Shown here: positions 60,517 to 64,000 of the stretch, in pieces
Position numbering within the stretch: the stretch's first letter is position 1
How the letters are laid out: the number at the start of each line of letters is the position of its first letter
Origin: an uncultured Ignavibacteriales bacterium
GTDB lineage: Bacteria; Bacteroidota; Ignavibacteria; Ignavibacteriales; Melioribacteraceae
NCBI GenBank assembly: GCA_947311785.1
Contig: CAMZLW010000079.1
Span: 4,016-68,015, forward strand
Direction: 5' to 3'
DNA length: 64,000 bases
Notes under the pieces: generated by a model
The model's input: the letters and a program-made list of their open reading frames with translations, nothing else
What the model was told of the DNA's origin: nothing
Databases searched by the model: none
Position numbers and translations under genes: made by a program

Positions 60517-62436
60517 CTAATTATTATTCCCAACTTTTTCTATTTTGGGTTTCTGTGCTTTTGTAGTAAGGTTTATTTTTTGTGGTTGTTCACCTAAAAA
60601 TGTTTCCTCTTCAATCCGTTCCAATTCTTTTTTATATTTTTTAACTTTTTCTTTAATCGTTTTTTCAATTGTTATTAGTTGAGAAATATTTGTTGAGCGT
60701 TCCTCTTTTTCAAATTCTGCTTTAGCAATATCATCTTTAGCTTTTACAATTGTTAGTTCAAGGTCATTTATCTTCTCTGATAGAGTATGCGTTATGCTTT
60801 CCTTGTCTTCTATCTCTTTACTAAGTGTTTCATTTTTAACATGATATTCAGTATAGGCTTGGCTACTTTTTTCAAGAAGCGTTGAAAGTTCGTAACTAAT
60901 ACTTCTTCTTTTTTCAATTAGATCTTGAATCTCAAGTTTGTATTTATTAATGGTCATTTTCCCTTCGCTCTCTTTTTTGCGAATAGAAATCACTTTTTCG
61001 TTGATTACTTCTTTTTCATTTTTAAGCTCATCTAATTTAGTTTCAACCGTTTCCTTTTCCTTACGGAGCAACCTTACCATTCCTGTATATTCTGCAAGTT
61101 GTGTGTTGCGTTCAAGAAGCATCTTTTCTTTTTTATTAAAATCTCTGTCTTTTTCAATGATTAATTGTTTTACCGAAGTGAGTTTTGATTTAGCCTCATT
61201 TATCTCTTCGGTAAATTTTTGAGTTGTCTCTGTATAGCTACTTTCAAGTTGTAGAATGTTTTCTTCTACTCTAAATTTTTTCTCTTCAAAATTTAATATC
61301 TCATTTTTAATTTCTTCTAGCTTTTCGTGATAGCTACTCTCTTCTTCTTTTTTTCTAATTAAAGCTCTTTCAATATCATCTTTAATATTTACTTTTTTAT
61401 CAATATCAGATTTTATTTTTCGTTTTTGTTCAATCAAAAGTTCAATATCTTTTCCTAATTCACTTAGTGTTTCATTTCTATTTTTAATTTCAAATTTCAC
61501 ATTATCTAGTTCATTTCGTTTTTGTGAAATTTCATCTGTGAAAATATTTTTTTTCTTTTCATACTCTTTAAATATTTTTTCTTGCGAGTTTAACTCATTT
61601 ATTAATTCGGCAATATTTGTTTGCATATTGCGTCTAATATTTTCATCTTTTTTTAGCATGTCTGATATCGTAGAGTGGTCTTCCTTAATTTGTTCAATCT
61701 GCAATTCAAGGTTAGTTATTTCGGTTGAAATATTACTTTTCTTTTCTTCCAAAGTCTTAAGGGATTTTTCTGTAGCATCGCAATTTATTTCTAATTTAGT
61801 TAATACCTTTTCCTTATCATTAATTACTTTTTCTAACTCGGCTTTTTTATTGTTGCCTTCACTTTCTAGTTCTATAATTTTTTCTTTGTTGGTTTTTATC
61901 TGATTTGCTAATTCTTCCGAAGTCGCTTTTAATTCATTAGTTCTTTCTTCGCCACGAGTAATTTCATCTTTTAATCTGTTTGCTGTCTCGTTAAGTTTGT
62001 TAAGTTTTTCTTCAAGTTCAGATAATTCGGTACTTTTTAATTCAACTGTTGATGTAATTTTGGATAGTTTTACTTCGTTAATTTCTTGTTTCTCTAACAG
62101 ACTATTGTTTGTTTTCTCAACAGTCTTAACGCTTTCTTCTAACTGTTCTTTTTCTTGAGATAATGCACTCATTTGTTTGTTAATCTCAAAAATAGCTTTC
62201 GATTTTGCAACTTTTTCGTCAGCAGAGTTTTTAATAAAATCTTCAATTCTTTGTTCTTCCTTTGATAGCTCAGAAAGTTTTTCTGTCATTGAAATAATTT
62301 TATTTTCAAGTTCGCTCGAAGTATCTTGCTTTGATAGAATGTTATGAATTGTATTTCGTAATTCATCGTTTTCTTTTCTTAATCTGTCTAACTCGGGTGT
62401 TTCTTTCGGATTAAATAACTTCATTGAATAACCCAT
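60517..62436 (-). CDS. Long coiled-coil protein of unknown function
   Basis: 639 aa E/K/L/I-rich heptads almost end to end; no Walker motifs or TM. Confidence 0.8.
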   Translation of the reverse strand: MGYSMKLFNPKETPELDRLRKENDELRNTIHNILSKQDTSSELENKIISMTEKLSELSKEEQRIEDFIKNSADEKVAKSKAIFEINKQMSALSQEKEQLEESVKTVEKTNNSLLEKQEINEVKLSKITSTVELKSTELSELEEKLNKLNETANRLKDEITRGEERTNELKATSEELANQIKTNKEKIIELESEGNNKKAELEKVINDKEKVLTKLEINCDATEKSLKTLEEKKSNISTEITNLELQIEQIKEDHSTISDMLKKDENIRRNMQTNIAELINELNSQEKIFKEYEKKKNIFTDEISQKRNELDNVKFEIKNRNETLSELGKDIELLIEQKRKIKSDIDKKVNIKDDIERALIRKKEEESSYHEKLEEIKNEILNFEEKKFRVEENILQLESSYTETTQKFTEEINEAKSKLTSVKQLIIEKDRDFNKKEKMLLERNTQLAEYTGMVRLLRKEKETVETKLDELKNEKEVINEKVISIRKKESEGKMTINKYKLEIQDLIEKRRSISYELSTLLEKSSQAYTEYHVKNETLSKEIEDKESITHTLSEKINDLELTIVKAKDDIAKAEFEKEERSTNISQLITIEKTIKEKVKKYKKELERIEEETFLGEQPQKINLTTKAQKPKIEKVGNNN

Positions 62437-62473
62437 CTAAATTTATTGAAATAATACTCACTAATATTACAAA

Positions 62474-62503
62474 GTTAAGCAAAAAGAATGATTTTTGCTT
62501 AAC
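62474..62503 (-). terminator. Hairpin downstream of the LytTR regulator, overlapping a TAACTTTG promoter box
   Basis: gttaagcaaaaa-gaatga-tttttgcttaac. Confidence 0.6.
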
Positions 62504-62505
62504 GC

Positions 62506-62613
62506 CAGTCTGTTTTAAAACCAAGAATTTCATTAACCCCATTTCAACATGGGGGTTATGAACCCCCTAACGGATACCTTTGGCAAGTCCGTGAGGATAT
62601 TTACTAGACAGTC
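62506..62613. repeat. GC-rich multi-hairpin intergenic element (REP-like or structured RNA)
   Basis: cattaaccccat/atgggggttatg and cctaacgga/tccgtgagg stems, enclosed by ctgtttta/tagacag. Confidence 0.55.
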
Positions 62614-62616
62614 TTC

Positions 62617-63369
62617 TTAAGATAAGGAAGCAAAGTACCCTAAAAGTAAAGCACGCTTCTGATTTGAAACGGGAATTGTTGAATTATCTGTTAAAACAAG
62701 AATGCCACCATCAGGTTTATCGAAATGTTGGATGTAGTTTAAATTTACTAAATGCGACTGATGAACTCGCATAAATTCATGCCCCTCAAGTAGTGTTTCG
62801 TATGTTTTTATTGTTTTAGAAACCATAATATTATTACCATTTGAAAGATAAAATATTGTGTAATTGTTTTCGGCTTCGCAACGTATTATATCTTTAATAT
62901 TTACAAGATAAATTCGTTCGGATGTTTTCAAAACAATTTTTTTCAATTCGGGTAGTGAGTTGCTAAAGCTAGAGAGAATTGACTCGAAACGTAAGGAATT
63001 GTTTTCTGCATTGTGTTCGTCAAGAACTCTGCGAACTGTTTTAATTAGCTCGCCACTTATAACTGGTTTCAAGATAAAATCGAACGCACTAAATTTAATT
63101 GCTTTTATTGCATAATCTTGATGGGCAGTAATAAATATCACTTTCATATCGCGATATTCAACATTTTTTAGAATGTCAAATCCAGTTCCATCAGGCAAAT
63201 CAATATCTAGAAATAGTAAATTGGGTTGGTGCTTTTTTATTTCGGCAATGGAAGTTTTTACATCTCCAGCTTGTGCCACAACTTTTATTTCATCAAAACA
63301 TTCTTTAAGCAGTTCGGTAATTACTTCACGTGAATTTTTCTCATCGTCAACTACTATTGCTTTAATCAT
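62617..63369 (-). CDS. LytTR family response regulator
   Basis: REC (VDDE, FLDI, TAH, KP) plus LytTR (FMRVHQSHLVN). Confidence 0.95.
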   Translation of the reverse strand: MIKAIVVDDEKNSREVITELLKECFDEIKVVAQAGDVKTSIAEIKKHQPNLLFLDIDLPDGTGFDILKNVEYRDMKVIFITAHQDYAIKAIKFSAFDFILKPVISGELIKTVRRVLDEHNAENNSLRFESILSSFSNSLPELKKIVLKTSERIYLVNIKDIIRCEAENNYTIFYLSNGNNIMVSKTIKTYETLLEGHEFMRVHQSHLVNLNYIQHFDKPDGGILVLTDNSTIPVSNQKRALLLGYFASLS

Positions 63370-64000
63370 TTTTTCCCCTTGATAATAAACTTAATGGAAT
63401 CACAAATTTAATACGTGTTCCTCTTCTGTTTTCAGTTTTTGATAAATCTTGAACCACAATATCTATTTTTTCTTTATATATTTTTGTGATATTCGTCAAA
63501 CGCTCATTTGTGATTTCCATTGCAAACGATTTATGATTTGTTTCAGATTTGTTATCTTTGTGTGCCTCAATTCCTATGCCATTATCTTCTATAATAATAG
63601 TTAGTGATTTTTCATCCAAAAAATATTTCACAATAAGAATTTTTTCATTCTCTACAATTTTTCGCAAACCATGCTCAATTGCATTTTCGATAAATGGCTG
63701 TATTAACATTGGAGGAATTTGTAAAGTTTCTGTGTCAATTTTTTCGTCAACTTCTAAGTTAAACTGAAATGAATTTTCGAAACGTAATTGCTGTAACGAA
63801 ATATAATTGTTTAGTATTTCAATTTCCTCTTTTAGCGTGTGGAAGTCATTACGCGAACCTCCAAGAATGGAACGCATCAAAATTGCAAACTGCGAAAGAT
63901 AATCGGAAGCCTCAAATTTTTTGTTCTTCAAAATATAATTCTGAATGGCAATAAGTGCATTAAAAATAAAATGAGGATTCATCTGCGAGCGGAGTAACTT
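63362..64000 (-). CDS. LytS-type sensor histidine kinase (N-terminus outside the window)
   Basis: LRSQMNPHFIFNAL, QPFIENAIEHG and DNGIG motifs. Confidence 0.93.
   Translation of the reverse strand, partial: KLLRSQMNPHFIFNALIAIQNYILKNKKFEASDYLSQFAILMRSILGGSRNDFHTLKEEIEILNNYISLQQLRFENSFQFNLEVDEKIDTETLQIPPMLIQPFIENAIEHGLRKIVENEKILIVKYFLDEKSLTIIIEDNGIGIEAHKDNKSETNHKSFAMEITNERLTNITKIYKEKIDIVVQDLSKTENRRGTRIKFVIPLSLLSRGKND

Noticed and set aside
60517..62436. SMC/Rad50 annotation for the coiled-coil protein
   Set aside because: No Walker A/B, signature motif or hinge is visible

Overview
AT-rich, gene-dense bacterial chromosomal region. Gene content and signal style (Bacteroidota-like TAnnTTTG promoter boxes together with real Shine-Dalgarno motifs, Gln at +1 of signal peptides, a PorW/SprE-like lipoprotein) point to the FCB superphylum, probably Ignavibacteria; this taxonomy is an inference. 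Most genes are housekeeping: tatD, purM, pckA, carAB, tkt, secA, P-II, rlmN, two TrmH-type methyltransferases, an ABC-F ATPase, a YgiQ radical SAM protein and acyl-CoA dehydrogenase. Also present are metal and arsenic resistance genes (czcD, arsC-acr3), a TonB-dependent receptor, and a cytochrome c maturation operon ccmC-D-E-F interrupted twice by type II toxin-antitoxin modules, one with a frameshifted toxin. I saw no rRNA, tRNA, CRISPR array, integrase or transposase. The best novelty candidates are: (i) a sodium:solute symporter whose C-terminus resembles a Cdc48/VAT-N double-psi beta-barrel, with a small 2-TM partner gene and a palindromic operator array; (ii) a tightly coupled envelope module of an apparently exported YidD-like protein plus two TPR/TM2(DUF5683)-like paralogs ahead of lemA-TPM; (iii) a promoter followed by a highly structured ~250-nt leader before the TonB receptor; (iv) an IorA-like ThDP enzyme lacking Fe-S ligands and a beta subunit; (v) several distinct intergenic miniature repeat or palindrome elements. 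All protein assignments come from motif recognition by eye, without database searches.
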